Assembly: GCA_031547305.1 (NCBI GenBank)
Contig: JAVBSC010000019.1
Location: 38,609 to 102,608 of the forward strand
Direction: 5' to 3'
Length of the DNA: 64,000 bases
From: Desulfovibrionaceae bacterium
GTDB lineage: Bacteria; Desulfobacterota; Desulfovibrionia; Desulfovibrionales; Desulfovibrionaceae
Position numbers and translations under genes: made by a program. Shown here piece after piece: positions 54,402 to 64,000 of the stretch. Positions within the stretch are counted from its first letter, which is position 1. Every line of letters begins with the position of its first letter. The notes beneath the pieces were generated by a model. It was not told where the DNA came from, searched no databases, and was given only the letters and a program-made list of their open reading frames with translations.

Positions 54402-55394
54402 ATGCGAATCGCGATCATCGGCGGCGGAAGCTGGGGCACGGCCCTGGGAGCGCTTCTGGCCGGCAAGGGATACCAGGCCGGCCTGCTGGTCCGGGATGCG
54501 GAACTGGCGGAGCAAATCAATTGCCGCAAGGAGAATGACCGTTATCTGCCGGGCTTGCGGTTGCCGGACGGGCTTGAGGCCGCCGTGAAGCCGGAAGCCG
54601 TGCTGTCCGGGGCGGATATATGCCTGATTGCCACGCCCTGCCAGCACATACGGACGACCCTGAGCGAACTGGCCGGTTTTTTGCCGCCCGCCATCCCGGT
54701 GATCTGTTCTTCCAAAGGCGTGGAGATTTCCACCTTGCGGACCATGTCCGGGGTGCTGGGGGAGATTATTCCGGACTTGGGCGGGCGCTACGCCATTTTG
54801 TCCGGCCCCTCCTTTGCCGCGGAAGTGGCGCGCGGCCTGCCCAGCGCAGTGGTTTTGGGCTGCGCGGACAAAAAACTTGGGGAGAGACTGCGGAATGTGT
54901 TTTCCACACCGCTGTTCCGGGTTTATTCCAGCCAGGACGTGCCTGGCGTGGAACTGGGCGGGGCGCTCAAGAACATCATGGCCATAGCGGCCGGCCTGAG
55001 CGACGGCCTGGGCCTGGGGCACAACGCCAGGTCCGCGCTGATCACCAGAGGGCTCGCGGAAATGAGCCGCCTTGGCGCGGCCCTGGGCGCGCGAAAAAGA
55101 ACGTTTATGGGGTTGTCCGGCCTGGGCGACCTGGTGCTTACCTGCACCGGGGATTTGTCCCGCAACCGCCAGGTGGGCCTGCGCCTGGCCAGGGGCGAAA
55201 CCCTGGCCCAGATCACCGGACCAATGCGCCAGGTGGCCGAAGGCGTTAAAACCGTGCAAGCCGCTTATACTCTTGGGCAAAAGCTGGGAATCGACCTGCC
55301 GATCACCAGTACGGTCCATTCGGTTCTCCACGATGGCGCGACTCCGGCCGAGGCCGTGCGCGTTCTTATGACCAGGGAATTGAAGGAAGAGTAA
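54402..55394 (+). CDS. gpsA: NAD(P)H-dependent glycerol-3-phosphate dehydrogenase
   Basis: MRIAIIGGGSWGTALG Rossmann motif and LKNIMAIAAG. Confidence 0.9.
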   Translation: MRIAIIGGGSWGTALGALLAGKGYQAGLLVRDAELAEQINCRKENDRYLPGLRLPDGLEAAVKPEAVLSGADICLIATPCQHIRTTLSELAGFLPPAIPVICSSKGVEISTLRTMSGVLGEIIPDLGGRYAILSGPSFAAEVARGLPSAVVLGCADKKLGERLRNVFSTPLFRVYSSQDVPGVELGGALKNIMAIAAGLSDGLGLGHNARSALITRGLAEMSRLGAALGARKRTFMGLSGLGDLVLTCTGDLSRNRQVGLRLARGETLAQITGPMRQVAEGVKTVQAAYTLGQKLGIDLPITSTVHSVLHDGATPAEAVRVLMTRELKEE

Positions 55395-55507
55395 ATCAGA
55401 TACGCGCGCGCCAGCGCATGAAGAACACGCAGAAGAGCGCGCCCCCGGCGGAGTACACAACCCATGATTTTTAAAATAACACAAAAAATCACTCAACGGC
55501 TATAATT

Positions 55508-56647
55508 TCAGCGCCTTACCGTCTGGCCTTCAATGTGTTCCAGAAGCATCCTCAGAAGCGTCGGCGCGGCGGCCCTCAAATCCGGTTTGCCAGACGGCTG
55601 CCGCGCGGCCGCGTGCCAGAGGCGTTCCGGCTTCAGGTTTTTGTTGTTGCGCAGGGGGATCAGATCATAGCCTTCAAGCTCCACCAGGTAAAAGTAGCCG
55701 GGCATTCCATCCCGGCCGCCGTAGCCCGGCAACGGCAAAGGCGACGGCCCGCCGAACTGCTCCGCGCTGGGCGTCTGGCCTGGCGGAGCGGCGTAGCGCT
55801 CGTCTTTTTTCAGATAGTTGCGGGCCTTGAAGTCATTGTCCCGGCCCCAGGGATCCCGGTCGTTGGGGCTGGTGCCGCCGTAGCCCCGTTCCCAGCCGCC
55901 CGGCGTGTCGTAATAGGGCCGGTTGGCGGCGGCCGGAATAGCCGTAAAGCCCAAAGACGCCTCATTGACTGCTTCCCTCCCGGCCTCACTGTAGCCGCCG
56001 CTGCCCACAAGCAGGGCGATGCGCAGAACAATGGCGTAATCCGCCTGTCTGGGGTCAATGTCCGCCAGTTCAGCCGGCAGATAGCGCGGCGGAGCGCTGT
56101 TCGCCCCGCGCAGCACAGGCAGCCCCTTGATTTGCGAGTAAGCGTGCAGCATGGCCTGGGCGTCCGGGGGCGCGATTTGTCTGATGCTGTCCGGTATGGG
56201 ATCATCCGGATTGCCATAGCCGCGCAGCTTCAATTGCGGCAACTTGCCTTCCTTGGCCAGTTCGGCGGCGCGTTCCTGGACAGCCTGCTCGCTTTGCGCC
56301 GGAGCGGCCTTTTTTTTAGGCGTTTTGGCCGGTTGTTCCTGTAAATTCAGATCCGGCATGGGGGTTTCCGGAGGGGGCAAGGTTTTTGAGGGCGCGGTCT
56401 TGATAACCGTGTAGCCCTTATCCTGCAAATTGGCGCGCATCTGGTAAAAAAGCGGGGCCAGGGCAGGGGAGTCCTCGCTCATCCAGGCCAGGCCGGAACG
56501 CAAAACCACAGCGCCTTTGGGCACGGCTCCTCTGGATTCCAGTTCCACCGCGCCTTTTTTTTCCTCATCCGGGTCCGCTTTAGCCGCAAAAGCGGAACCC
56601 GCGCCTGAAATCACCGCGCATAAAAAGTACAGAAGGACTTTTTTCAT
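55508..56647 (-). CDS. Exported hypothetical protein (379 aa), family unknown
   Basis: Signal peptide MKKVLLYFLCAVISGAGSAFA, with Pro/Gly-rich segments. I recognise no motif. Confidence 0.55.
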   Translation of the reverse strand: MKKVLLYFLCAVISGAGSAFAAKADPDEEKKGAVELESRGAVPKGAVVLRSGLAWMSEDSPALAPLFYQMRANLQDKGYTVIKTAPSKTLPPPETPMPDLNLQEQPAKTPKKKAAPAQSEQAVQERAAELAKEGKLPQLKLRGYGNPDDPIPDSIRQIAPPDAQAMLHAYSQIKGLPVLRGANSAPPRYLPAELADIDPRQADYAIVLRIALLVGSGGYSEAGREAVNEASLGFTAIPAAANRPYYDTPGGWERGYGGTSPNDRDPWGRDNDFKARNYLKKDERYAAPPGQTPSAEQFGGPSPLPLPGYGGRDGMPGYFYLVELEGYDLIPLRNNKNLKPERLWHAAARQPSGKPDLRAAAPTLLRMLLEHIEGQTVRR

Positions 56648-56671
56648 CTTACCCCACTCCCTCCACGGCGC

Positions 56672-57067
56672 TCAGGCTTGCATAAATTGCAGCCACAGCG
56701 CGCGGTTGCGCGGCCCGTCGCCTTCGTAAAGGTAAACGCTCTGCCAGGTGCCCAGGCGCAATCCGCCGCCTTCCACAATGAGCAGAAGCTGCTGGCTGAG
56801 CAGGCTGCTTTTGATGTGCGCGTCGCTGTTGCCTTCCAGGTGCTTGTAGTCTCCTTTGCGCGGGATGCTGGCGGCAAGGTATTTGATGATGTCGCGCTGC
56901 ACGTCCGGGTCAGCGTTTTCGTTGATGGTCAGGGCGGCGGTGGTGTGCGGGCAGAAAAGCAGCAGGGAGCCGCCATGCCAGCCGTTCTGAGCCACAACGT
57001 CCTGCACCTGCTCGGTTATGTCGATGAGAGTTTCGCGCTTATGGCTGGAGATTTCTATAAATTCCAT
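56672..57067 (-). CDS. yjbQ: YjbQ/UPF0047 family (secondary thiamine-phosphate synthase) protein
   Basis: 131 aa, LLLFCPHTTAALTINENADPDVQRD and GNSDAHIKSSL signature. Confidence 0.8.
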   Translation of the reverse strand: MEFIEISSHKRETLIDITEQVQDVVAQNGWHGGSLLLFCPHTTAALTINENADPDVQRDIIKYLAASIPRKGDYKHLEGNSDAHIKSSLLSQQLLLIVEGGGLRLGTWQSVYLYEGDGPRNRALWLQFMQA

Positions 57068-57170
57068 TGGAATGCCCCGGAGTTAGGGTTTTGCGTCTTG
57101 AGAAGCGGTCTGTTTTAACGTAATACCCCAGTTGATAATACAAATTCACCATTGGCGGCAAGGAGATTAT

Positions 57171-59093
57171 ATGCCGGTAGTAATGGGCACGGCCGGGCAC
57201 ATAGACCATGGCAAGACTTCCCTGGTGCGGGCGCTGACCGGCACGGACTGCGACCGCCTGGAGGAGGAGAAGCGGCGCGGCATAACCATAGAGCTTGGCT
57301 TCGCTTTTCTGGAATTGCCCGGCGGGCGGCGGCTGTCCGTAGTGGACGTTCCGGGGCATGAGCGCTTTGTCAAGAATATGGTGGCCGGGGCTCAGGGCAT
57401 AGATTTTGTGACTCTGGTCATCGCGGCGGACGAAGGCGTCATGCCCCAGACCAGGGAGCATCTGGAAATATGCGCGTTGCTGGGCATAAACCGGGGCCTG
57501 GTGGCCCTGACCAAGATCGATATGGTGGACGCGGACTGGCTGGCCCTGGTGACCGAGGACGTCCGCAATTTTCTGCGGGGCACTTTTTTGGAGGAAGCGG
57601 CGGTTTTTCCGGTTTCCGCGCATACCGGCCAGGGGCTTGAGGACTTAAAAGCCGCCCTGGACGTCATGGAGCGGGAATTCACGCCCAGGCGGCGCAACGA
57701 CCTGGCCCGCCTGCCCATTGACCGGGTGTTCACCATGCGCGGGCACGGGACTGTGGTTACCGGCACCTTGCTCTCCGGCGCGCTGAAGGTGGGGGACGAC
57801 GTAAAGCTGTACCCTTCCGGCAGGCTTAGCAAGGCGCGCGGTCTGCAAAGCCACGGCAAAGCCACGGAACTGGCTCCGGCCGGGTACCGGACGGCGGTGA
57901 ACCTGCAAAACCTGGAAGTTACGGACGTGGATCGGGGCGAGCAACTGGCCCGGCCGGGGGATTTGTTCCCGGCCATGAGCTGGCTGGTTGAACTGAGCTG
58001 CCTGAAATCCTCGCCCAGGGCTTTGCGTAACCGGACGGAAGTGCATTTTCACCACTGCACCAGGGAAACCCAGGCCCGTCTGTACCTGCCGGACCGGGAA
58101 AAGCTGGAACCGGGCGCCACGGCGGTGTGCGAACTGCGCTTTTCCGAACCCATGGTCGGGGTGTTCGGGGATCGCTGCGTGCTGCGCTCGTTTTCGCCTT
58201 TGCGCACCGTGGCCGGGGGCATGCTCATCCAGCCCATGGGATTGGAACTGCGGCGCAAGGATAAAAATTTCGCCCGCCGCCTGGAACTTCTGGCCGGGCT
58301 GTCCAGGGTGGAGCCGGAAGCGGCGCTCCTGGCGCACCTGGAGCTTTACGGCCTGGCTGGAGCATCATTTGCCGCCCTGCGGGTGCTTTTGAACCTGGAA
58401 TCCGGCCAGTTGGACAAGCTGCTGCAAACCCTGGGCAGCAGAGGCCTGCTGTTTTGCGTGGACAAAGAGGAGCGCATCTACCTGAAGGCCGAGGCTGTGG
58501 CGGAGCTTCAGGATTCCTGCCTGGATTTCGTGCGGGAATTTCACCGATTGGACCCCATGAAGCCCGGCCTGGGCCGTGGGGAGCTGGCTTCCGGCTGGGG
58601 CAGGGAACTGCCGCCTAAATTGACGCATTTTGTGCTGGAGCGCCTGCTTAAGCAGGGGAGCCTGGCTTCCGAAGGCGACGTGCTGCGTCTGGCCGGGCAT
58701 ACGGTATCCCTGGCTTCGGACCAGGAAGGCCTGCGCCGGGCTATTCTGGAGGCCCACGCGAAAGCCGGCCTGGCCCCGCCGAATATGAAGGACGTGCTGG
58801 AACAGCTTAAGGTGAGTCAGAAATCCGTGCTGCCCCTGCTGAAGATCCTGCAGGACTCCGGGGAGCTTTTGCGGGTGGCGGACGGTCTTTATTACCACGG
58901 CCCGGCTCTGCGGGAGATCATGGAGCGCGTGACCCGCTGGTTTGACAGCCACGATGACCTGGACCCGGCGGGATTGAAGGAAATTACCGGCCTTTCCCGC
59001 AAATACCTGATTGCCCTCCTGGAGTATTTTGATCAGGAACGCCTGACTATCCGGGTGGGGGATAAGCGGTTGCTGCGCGCCAAGCAGAAGTGA
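57171..59093 (+). CDS. selB: Selenocysteine-specific translation elongation factor
   Basis: GTPase motifs GHIDHGKTS and DVPGHERF, a long winged-helix C-terminal extension, 640 aa. AAGGAG RBS before ATG 57171. Confidence 0.9.
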   Translation: MPVVMGTAGHIDHGKTSLVRALTGTDCDRLEEEKRRGITIELGFAFLELPGGRRLSVVDVPGHERFVKNMVAGAQGIDFVTLVIAADEGVMPQTREHLEICALLGINRGLVALTKIDMVDADWLALVTEDVRNFLRGTFLEEAAVFPVSAHTGQGLEDLKAALDVMEREFTPRRRNDLARLPIDRVFTMRGHGTVVTGTLLSGALKVGDDVKLYPSGRLSKARGLQSHGKATELAPAGYRTAVNLQNLEVTDVDRGEQLARPGDLFPAMSWLVELSCLKSSPRALRNRTEVHFHHCTRETQARLYLPDREKLEPGATAVCELRFSEPMVGVFGDRCVLRSFSPLRTVAGGMLIQPMGLELRRKDKNFARRLELLAGLSRVEPEAALLAHLELYGLAGASFAALRVLLNLESGQLDKLLQTLGSRGLLFCVDKEERIYLKAEAVAELQDSCLDFVREFHRLDPMKPGLGRGELASGWGRELPPKLTHFVLERLLKQGSLASEGDVLRLAGHTVSLASDQEGLRRAILEAHAKAGLAPPNMKDVLEQLKVSQKSVLPLLKILQDSGELLRVADGLYYHGPALREIMERVTRWFDSHDDLDPAGLKEITGLSRKYLIALLEYFDQERLTIRVGDKRLLRAKQK

Positions 59094-59323
59094 ACAGGAA
59101 TCCGCCCGGCGCCGGCGGGCCGCTGAATGCGCGGTGAAAAGCCGGGGCCGTTTTGCGGCACTCCAAATCAAGGGGGGATTGCCGGCACAAATACCCTGAT
59201 GCGTATTATTTAAGGCTAAATCACCCCAAGGGTGATATTCAAACAGCCTTCATATCTGCTATGCCGTTGAAACTTCGAAACGCCTTAGAGACAGAAAATA
59301 AATCAGAAAGGCTGAGCGGTTTT

Positions 59324-59851
59324 ATGGACATACAGGAAGACCTGCGCTTTATCTGCGCCTCCATTGACGCCAATTTGCGCTATGCCGAGGGCAAACACGC
59401 CGCCTTTGTCGCCTTTAACGGGGTGGCCACGTTCGGCGCTTTCGGCATTGCGCGCAATCTTACTCTGGACGGCGGCGGGCAATCCGTGCGGGCTCTTTTA
59501 TCCGTGGCCATCTGCCTGCTGGTCTGCGCAATAATAACAGGCATATATTCGTTCGTTCCGATCATCATCCGTAAAGTTGAAATAGGCGGGGACCTTGCAA
59601 GCGACAATGCCTTGTTTTTTGAGCATGTAAAAGCCCATTCCCCGGAATCCTATGAACGGCTTTTGTGCGAAAAATACCAAGTACTCCCGGAAAGCATCAC
59701 TCCATTGGACCGTTGCGTTATTTCGCAAATCATCGTCAATGCCCGTCTGGCCTCGCGCAAGTTCGCCCTGTTCAAGCGCGTGGCTTTTTTTGACCTGGCG
59801 GCGGTGGCCTTTGTCTTGAGCGGTGCGGTGCTGGGCCTGGTCTTCAGATAG
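59324..59851 (+). CDS. DUF5706 / Pycsar-effector-like three-TM membrane protein
   Basis: By memory it resembles the TM module annotated as Pycsar effector: LRYAEGKHAAFVAFNG (cf. [FI]ADxKA...), NALFFEHV...ESYERLL, and IVNARLASRKFALFKRVAFF followed by a last TM. Start is uncertain (ATG 59324, ATG 59261 or TTG 59153). Confidence 0.55.
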   Translation: MDIQEDLRFICASIDANLRYAEGKHAAFVAFNGVATFGAFGIARNLTLDGGGQSVRALLSVAICLLVCAIITGIYSFVPIIIRKVEIGGDLASDNALFFEHVKAHSPESYERLLCEKYQVLPESITPLDRCVISQIIVNARLASRKFALFKRVAFFDLAAVAFVLSGAVLGLVFR

Positions 59852-59877
59852 AACATATTTTCCAACAAGGAGCGCCC

Positions 59878-61566
59878 ATGCCCGGACAAAGCTTCCCCCG
59901 CGCCAATCCGGCGCGTTTTGCCGTTCTGTTTCTGGCCCTGGCCGCGCTTTTACTTTCCGGCTGCGCCAAAAACGCATCGCGGGCAACCGTGTTCTACACC
60001 ACGGACACCCACGGCAGACTCAGCGCCGATGCGAGCGGCGTCGGTCTGGACGTTATCGCCGCGGCGCATAAGGAGACGTCCGGCTCGCTTTTGGTGGATG
60101 CAGGCGATTATCTGCAGGGCAATCCTTCAGTCAATTTGACCCAGGGGAAGGATGCGGTGCGGTTAATGAAGATGGCCGGATATTATGCGGCGGCTCTGGG
60201 CAATCACGAGTTCGACTTCGGCCTGGAGGCGCTGCGGGAACGCATGGCCGAGGCCGCCGCCGGGCCTGACCCGCTGTATATCATATCCGCCAATGTCCTG
60301 AACGCGGACGGAAGCCTGTTTACCAGGCCGGCGGCGACGACTGAGGCCGGGGGGCTGAAAATCGGTTTTTTGGGCCTGACCACCGAGGAAACAGCCACGC
60401 AGACCCATCCGCATAATGTGGCCGGACTTGTTTTTGCCGATGTGGCGCAACGCGCCGGAGATATGGCGAAAAAATTGCGCGCTGAGGGCTGCGACGTGGT
60501 TGTGGCTCTGGCCCATGTGGGAACAGCGGATGTGCTTGGCGTGAAAAGTACGGACATCGCCATGCGGGTGGATGGAATTGACGTGATTATCGACGGGCAT
60601 TCCCATGTCGAGCTGAACGAAACAATGCCAAACGGGACGCTGGTGATCAGCAGTGGAGCGCACGCCAAAGCTCTGGGCAGACTGGTTCTGACGCGCCAAG
60701 GCGCGCCCGGTTCCGGCTTGCGGAAAGACAATACTTTGTTGCGCAAGGCGGAACTGGCGGACATTACGCCTGACCCCGCCGTGGCCGGCGCCCTGGCGCG
60801 GATGAAAGAAGAGCAGGCGGCGCTGCTGGCGCGCGTTGTGGGCGCCACGCCTGTGGATCTGGACGCGGAACGCGTGAACATACGCACGCGGGAAACCAAC
60901 TTCGGCAATTTATGCACGGACGCCCTCCGGCACATGACCGGAGCGGACGTCGCCATTATCAACGGCGGCGGCATCCGCCGGTCCATAGCCAAAGGGGAGA
61001 TTACCAAGGGTGACGTGATAGCCGCCATTCCCTTTGCCGACGCCGTGGTGACCAAAAACGTGACCGGCGCGCAGCTTCTGGTTATTCTGGAACACGGGTT
61101 TCGCGGCCTGCCCGCTGAAAACGGCGGATTTCCGCAACTAAGCGGACTAAGGGTAACCGTGAATACGGCGGACCCGCCAGGCAAGCGCGTCGCCTCAGTC
61201 AGGCTGGACAACGGGGAAACTCTTGACCCGCGACGGAATTATACCCTGGCCGTATCGGATTTTCTGGCCTCCGGCGGCGACGGCTACCCTGTTCTGGCGA
61301 CGTTGCCGGCGCTTCGCCAGTATCTGCCGCCGGACACCGCCCTGGAAGCATATCTGCGGGATATGGGGCGAAAGGCCTTTGAGGGCATTCATACGGAGCG
61401 CGTGACCATCCGGCCGGGGAGCGGGGCGTCCCTGCGGCTTGTATGGCCTGCGCGGGACACAGAGCTTGCTTCCACTCGTTTCGCGCGCAAGCTCCTCGCT
61501 GCCTCGCCAGGCGTTGGCCTTTCAATAACACCACAGTTCCAGGGTCCGTTCCGGACCGCGGCGTGA
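59878..61566 (+). CDS. Lipoprotein, bifunctional metallophosphatase/5'-nucleotidase (UshA/CpdB family)
   Basis: Lipobox LLLSGC. Metallophosphatase motifs TTDTHGR, DAGD and GNHEFD. C-terminal 5'-nucleotidase domain. AAGGAG RBS 26 nt after the upstream stop. Confidence 0.85.
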   Translation: MPGQSFPRANPARFAVLFLALAALLLSGCAKNASRATVFYTTDTHGRLSADASGVGLDVIAAAHKETSGSLLVDAGDYLQGNPSVNLTQGKDAVRLMKMAGYYAAALGNHEFDFGLEALRERMAEAAAGPDPLYIISANVLNADGSLFTRPAATTEAGGLKIGFLGLTTEETATQTHPHNVAGLVFADVAQRAGDMAKKLRAEGCDVVVALAHVGTADVLGVKSTDIAMRVDGIDVIIDGHSHVELNETMPNGTLVISSGAHAKALGRLVLTRQGAPGSGLRKDNTLLRKAELADITPDPAVAGALARMKEEQAALLARVVGATPVDLDAERVNIRTRETNFGNLCTDALRHMTGADVAIINGGGIRRSIAKGEITKGDVIAAIPFADAVVTKNVTGAQLLVILEHGFRGLPAENGGFPQLSGLRVTVNTADPPGKRVASVRLDNGETLDPRRNYTLAVSDFLASGGDGYPVLATLPALRQYLPPDTALEAYLRDMGRKAFEGIHTERVTIRPGSGASLRLVWPARDTELASTRFARKLLAASPGVGLSITPQFQGPFRTAA

Positions 61567-61608
61567 AAAAAACCCGTTTGTAAAAAAGCGCTTGCTCCGG
61601 CAACAGCC

Positions 61609-62064
61609 CTACGGCATGGGCAACAGCTTGTCCACCGTGGTCGCGGCTTTGGCCGCGTCGTAAATGTTCTGCCCGATCACGCGCCAGCGGTAAGCTTTGG
61701 CCGGGGCGGGGCAGTAGCTGAAATCCACTGTCCCGGTCTGGGCGTTGAACCCGGCCTTGGCCGGGCTGAAGGATACCTTCTGGGACGGGTTGAATGGGCA
61801 GCCTGGGCAGTCTTCCGGGCCGTTCACCGGGTCAAGCTCAAGCTGGATGCCGTCCAGGTTTTCAAAGGCCCCGGCCAGGGTTCCCTTGAAATTGATGCAT
61901 TTTTCCACGGCGGTGGCGTTCATGTCTTGCCAGGTGAATGTGCGCGTCTTGCTGCGGGCGCTGGGCATAGCCTTTTTGCCGCATCCGGAGGCCCCAGCCA
62001 GGCAGAAGACCAGTAAAACAGCCACCAGGGATTTGAGTATGGCATTGCGTCTATCCATGTGCAT
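61609..62064 (-). CDS. Small lipoprotein of unknown family with CPGC motif
   Basis: Lipobox LAGASGC. PEDCPGCPF in the mature part. Its 5' end overlaps the mutS stop by 14 nt. Confidence 0.55.
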   Translation of the reverse strand: MHMDRRNAILKSLVAVLLVFCLAGASGCGKKAMPSARSKTRTFTWQDMNATAVEKCINFKGTLAGAFENLDGIQLELDPVNGPEDCPGCPFNPSQKVSFSPAKAGFNAQTGTVDFSYCPAPAKAYRWRVIGQNIYDAAKAATTVDKLLPMP

Positions 62065-64000
62065 CCGTCCCCCACAAAAGTTTCCATTCGCTCAACAGCT
62101 TCAGCGCGTCAAGCGGGGTTATGGCGTTGGCGTCCAGGTTTTTCAGGGCCGTGAGCAGCGGGTGATCCGGAATGCTTTGCCGCTCCGGCAGCAACGGCCT
62201 GATTTTGCTTTTCGCGCCGGGCTCCGGCCCGGAGATTCCCGGCAGCAGCTGCGGCGCGCGCGCGTCTTCCGGCAGGCCCGGCCCGGCGTTGCGGGATTTT
62301 TCCAGTTCCGCCAGGATTTGTCTGGCTCTTTGTACCACAGGTTGGGGCACTCCGGCTAGTTTTGCCACTTCTATGCCGTAGCTGCGGTCCGCCGGCCCAG
62401 GCACCAGGCGGCGCAAAAAGACGATTTCCCCGTTCCATTCCCGGACCGCGATGTTCATGTTGTGCAATCCGGGGATGCGGCCTTCCAAAGAAGTAAGCTC
62501 GTGATAATGGGTGGCGAACAGGGTGCGCACCTGTCCGCCGGCCCGCGCGGCCAGATCTTCAACCACGGCCCAGGCCAGAGCCAGGCCGTCGAAAGTGCTG
62601 GTGCCCCGGCCGATCTCGTCCAGGATCACCAGGCTCATTTTGCTGGCCTGGCGCAGGATTCGGGCCGTTTCCATCATTTCCACCATAAAGGTGCTTTGGC
62701 CCTGGGCCAGGTTGTCCGAAGCGCCGACCCGGGAAAAAATGCGATCCACCATGCCGATGGAGGCTTCCCTGGCCGGCACGTAGGAGCCCATTTGAGCCAG
62801 CAGGCAGATTATGGCGGTCTGGCGCAGCACTGTGGATTTTCCGGCCATATTCGGGCCGGTGATGAGAATCAGGCGGCGCTGGGCGTCCATGCGCAAATCA
62901 TTGGGAATAAAGCCGCCTTTTTGCTGCATGGCCTCCACAACAGGGTGCCGGCCGTCCCGGATGAGCAGATCCCGCTCCTCGTGCAAGGAAGGTTTGGCCC
63001 AGCCGTTAAGTTGGGCGCACTCGGCCAGGCTTTGCCAGTAATCCAAGGCCGCCACGAGTTCGGCCATAAAAACCAGGCGGGAACGGATCCGGCTGATTTT
63101 CAGGCGCAAATCCTGAAACAGGGAATATTCAAGCTGCTTGCGCTTGTCCGAGGCGCTGAGCAGCTTGTCTTCCAGTTCCTTGAGCTCCGGGGTGACAAAG
63201 CGTTCGGCATTGGCCACGGTCTGGCGGCGGTGGAAGTGGGCGGGAATTTCCACCTGCGCCGCTCTGGACAGCTCAAAATAATAGCCGAAGACTTTATTAA
63301 AGCCCAACTTTAACTTTGTCAGCCCGGGACCGGCCTGTTCCCTGGCCAGCAGGTCTTTCAGGCGCTGCTCGCCGTGTTCGGCCAGATCCAGCAGTTCGTC
63401 CAGATCCTTGTGGTACCCCTGCTTGAACAGACCACCCTCGGTGATCAGGTTTGGCAATTCCGGGAGCAGGGCGTGATCCAGCAGTTCCGCGTAATCCGCC
63501 AGATCGTCCCAGTTCTGGGTAAGGCCATACAGGGCCGGGGGCAGATCCAGGCCTTCGGCCTGGTCCGAGGTGGCGTAGTTGCCGGGCTCCGAAAGGCTGT
63601 ATTCAATAAGCCGGCGCAGGCCGGGCAGGGCCAGAAGGCTTTGGCGCAGGGCGGCAAAATCCCGTGGTGTGGCCCGGTTAAGGGTGATGCGGGTGGACAG
63701 GCGCTCCAGGTCATTAACCTGCTTCAGGGCCTGGCGCAGTGAGGCCCGTTTGCCCGGCTGGTTCAGCAGGTGTTCCACGGCGCTCCGGGTGTTTTCAATC
63801 AGGGCCAGATCTCGCCAGGGGTGGCGCAAACGCTCGTCCAGCAGGCGATCCCCCATGGGGGTCACGGTTTTGTTCAGGACCTGCTTCAGCGTGCCGGGGC
63901 CTTTGCGGCCGTCCAGACGGCGGAACAATTCCAGGTTGCGCTCGGTTATTTCGTCAATAATCAAATGCTTGCCCAGGTTGAGGGGCGCAAAGGGCTTAAG
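62051..64000 (-). CDS. mutS: DNA mismatch repair protein MutS (N-terminal part outside window)
   Basis: Frame stays open to the window edge. Core/clamp domains and Walker A ITGPNMAGKSTVLRQ, plus DEIGRGTSTFDG. Confidence 0.9.
   Translation of the reverse strand, partial: LKPFAPLNLGKHLIIDEITERNLELFRRLDGRKGPGTLKQVLNKTVTPMGDRLLDERLRHPWRDLALIENTRSAVEHLLNQPGKRASLRQALKQVNDLERLSTRITLNRATPRDFAALRQSLLALPGLRRLIEYSLSEPGNYATSDQAEGLDLPPALYGLTQNWDDLADYAELLDHALLPELPNLITEGGLFKQGYHKDLDELLDLAEHGEQRLKDLLAREQAGPGLTKLKLGFNKVFGYYFELSRAAQVEIPAHFHRRQTVANAERFVTPELKELEDKLLSASDKRKQLEYSLFQDLRLKISRIRSRLVFMAELVAALDYWQSLAECAQLNGWAKPSLHEERDLLIRDGRHPVVEAMQQKGGFIPNDLRMDAQRRLILITGPNMAGKSTVLRQTAIICLLAQMGSYVPAREASIGMVDRIFSRVGASDNLAQGQSTFMVEMMETARILRQASKMSLVILDEIGRGTSTFDGLALAWAVVEDLAARAGGQVRTLFATHYHELTSLEGRIPGLHNMNIAVREWNGEIVFLRRLVPGPADRSYGIEVAKLAGVPQPVVQRARQILAELEKSRNAGPGLPEDARAPQLLPGISGPEPGAKSKIRPLLPERQSIPDHPLLTALKNLDANAITPLDALKLLSEWKLLWGTDAHG

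Noticed and set aside
52185-55496. 1103-aa ORF without stops on the minus strand, spanning rel, the intergenic gap and gpsA
   Set aside because: It is antisense to two genes with unmistakable catalytic motifs (HDTVEDT and YQSLHTTV; GGGSWGTALG). Its Gly/Ala/Arg/His/Gln-rich translation is the expected mirror of GC3-rich codons, and it has no recognisable domain. I treat it as a shadow ORF, although its length is striking.
59094-59323. selC (tRNA-Sec) or other tRNA next to selB, and selenoprotein genes (same-frame ORF pairs split by TGA) in the window
   Set aside because: I could fold no cloverleaf-like sequence in the selB flanks (57068-57170 was also checked). No pair of adjacent same-frame ORFs separated by a single TGA stood out. 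A tRNA or SECIS scan is needed to be sure.

Overview
Gene-dense chromosomal segment of about 47 CDS, by eye about 60% GC and about 90% coding. I found no rRNA or tRNA genes, CRISPR arrays, transposases or integrases. The gene content looks like a Desulfovibrio-like sulfate reducer, but that is inference only. It rests on selB plus yedF, split gcvPA/gcvPB with gcvH and lpd, a PglB-type oligosaccharyltransferase, a fused B12/radical-SAM protein, a TSUP/TauE exporter, and many long GC-driven antisense ORFs. Gene order, left to right: FAD oxidoreductase (5' truncated), pseudouridine synthase, yedF, msbA-DUF374-lpxL lipid A module, TRIC channel, MFS exporter, three exported envelope proteins, lpd-gcvPB-gcvPA-gcvH operon, orphan receiver, pgm, ychF, M16 peptidase, radical-SAM operon, pglB-like OST, rlmH, tsaC, NUDIX, glgA-glgB-hydantoinase-like-trmL, flavoprotein, alpha/beta hydrolase, exported Cys/His protein, EamA, receiver plus atypical PEP-utilising dikinase, TSUP exporter operon, HAD plus YcaO-TPR, SWIM-SNF2 helicase, orphan SBP coupled to rel, gpsA, exported protein, yjbQ, selB, DUF5706/Pycsar-effector-like membrane protein plus 5'-nucleotidase, lipoprotein, mutS (5' end outside window). 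Loci most worth a second look: (i) a stand-alone YcaO fused to a TPR array and translationally coupled to a HAD phosphatase, with no partner or precursor nearby; (ii) a single-domain receiver followed by a PEP-utilising-type dikinase whose C-terminal third is not the canonical PEP/pyruvate barrel; (iii) an orphan Pycsar-effector-like (DUF5706) 3-TM protein in a lower-GC pocket, co-oriented with an exported nucleotidase; (iv) an isolated PglB-like N-oligosaccharyltransferase carrying a G8 tract; (v) a 120-bp promoter region packed with four palindromes, including a CRP/FNR-type site, in front of a TSUP/TauE operon; (vi) a 28-bp box shared by two promoters. All functional calls come from motif recognition by eye. 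No database search was run.
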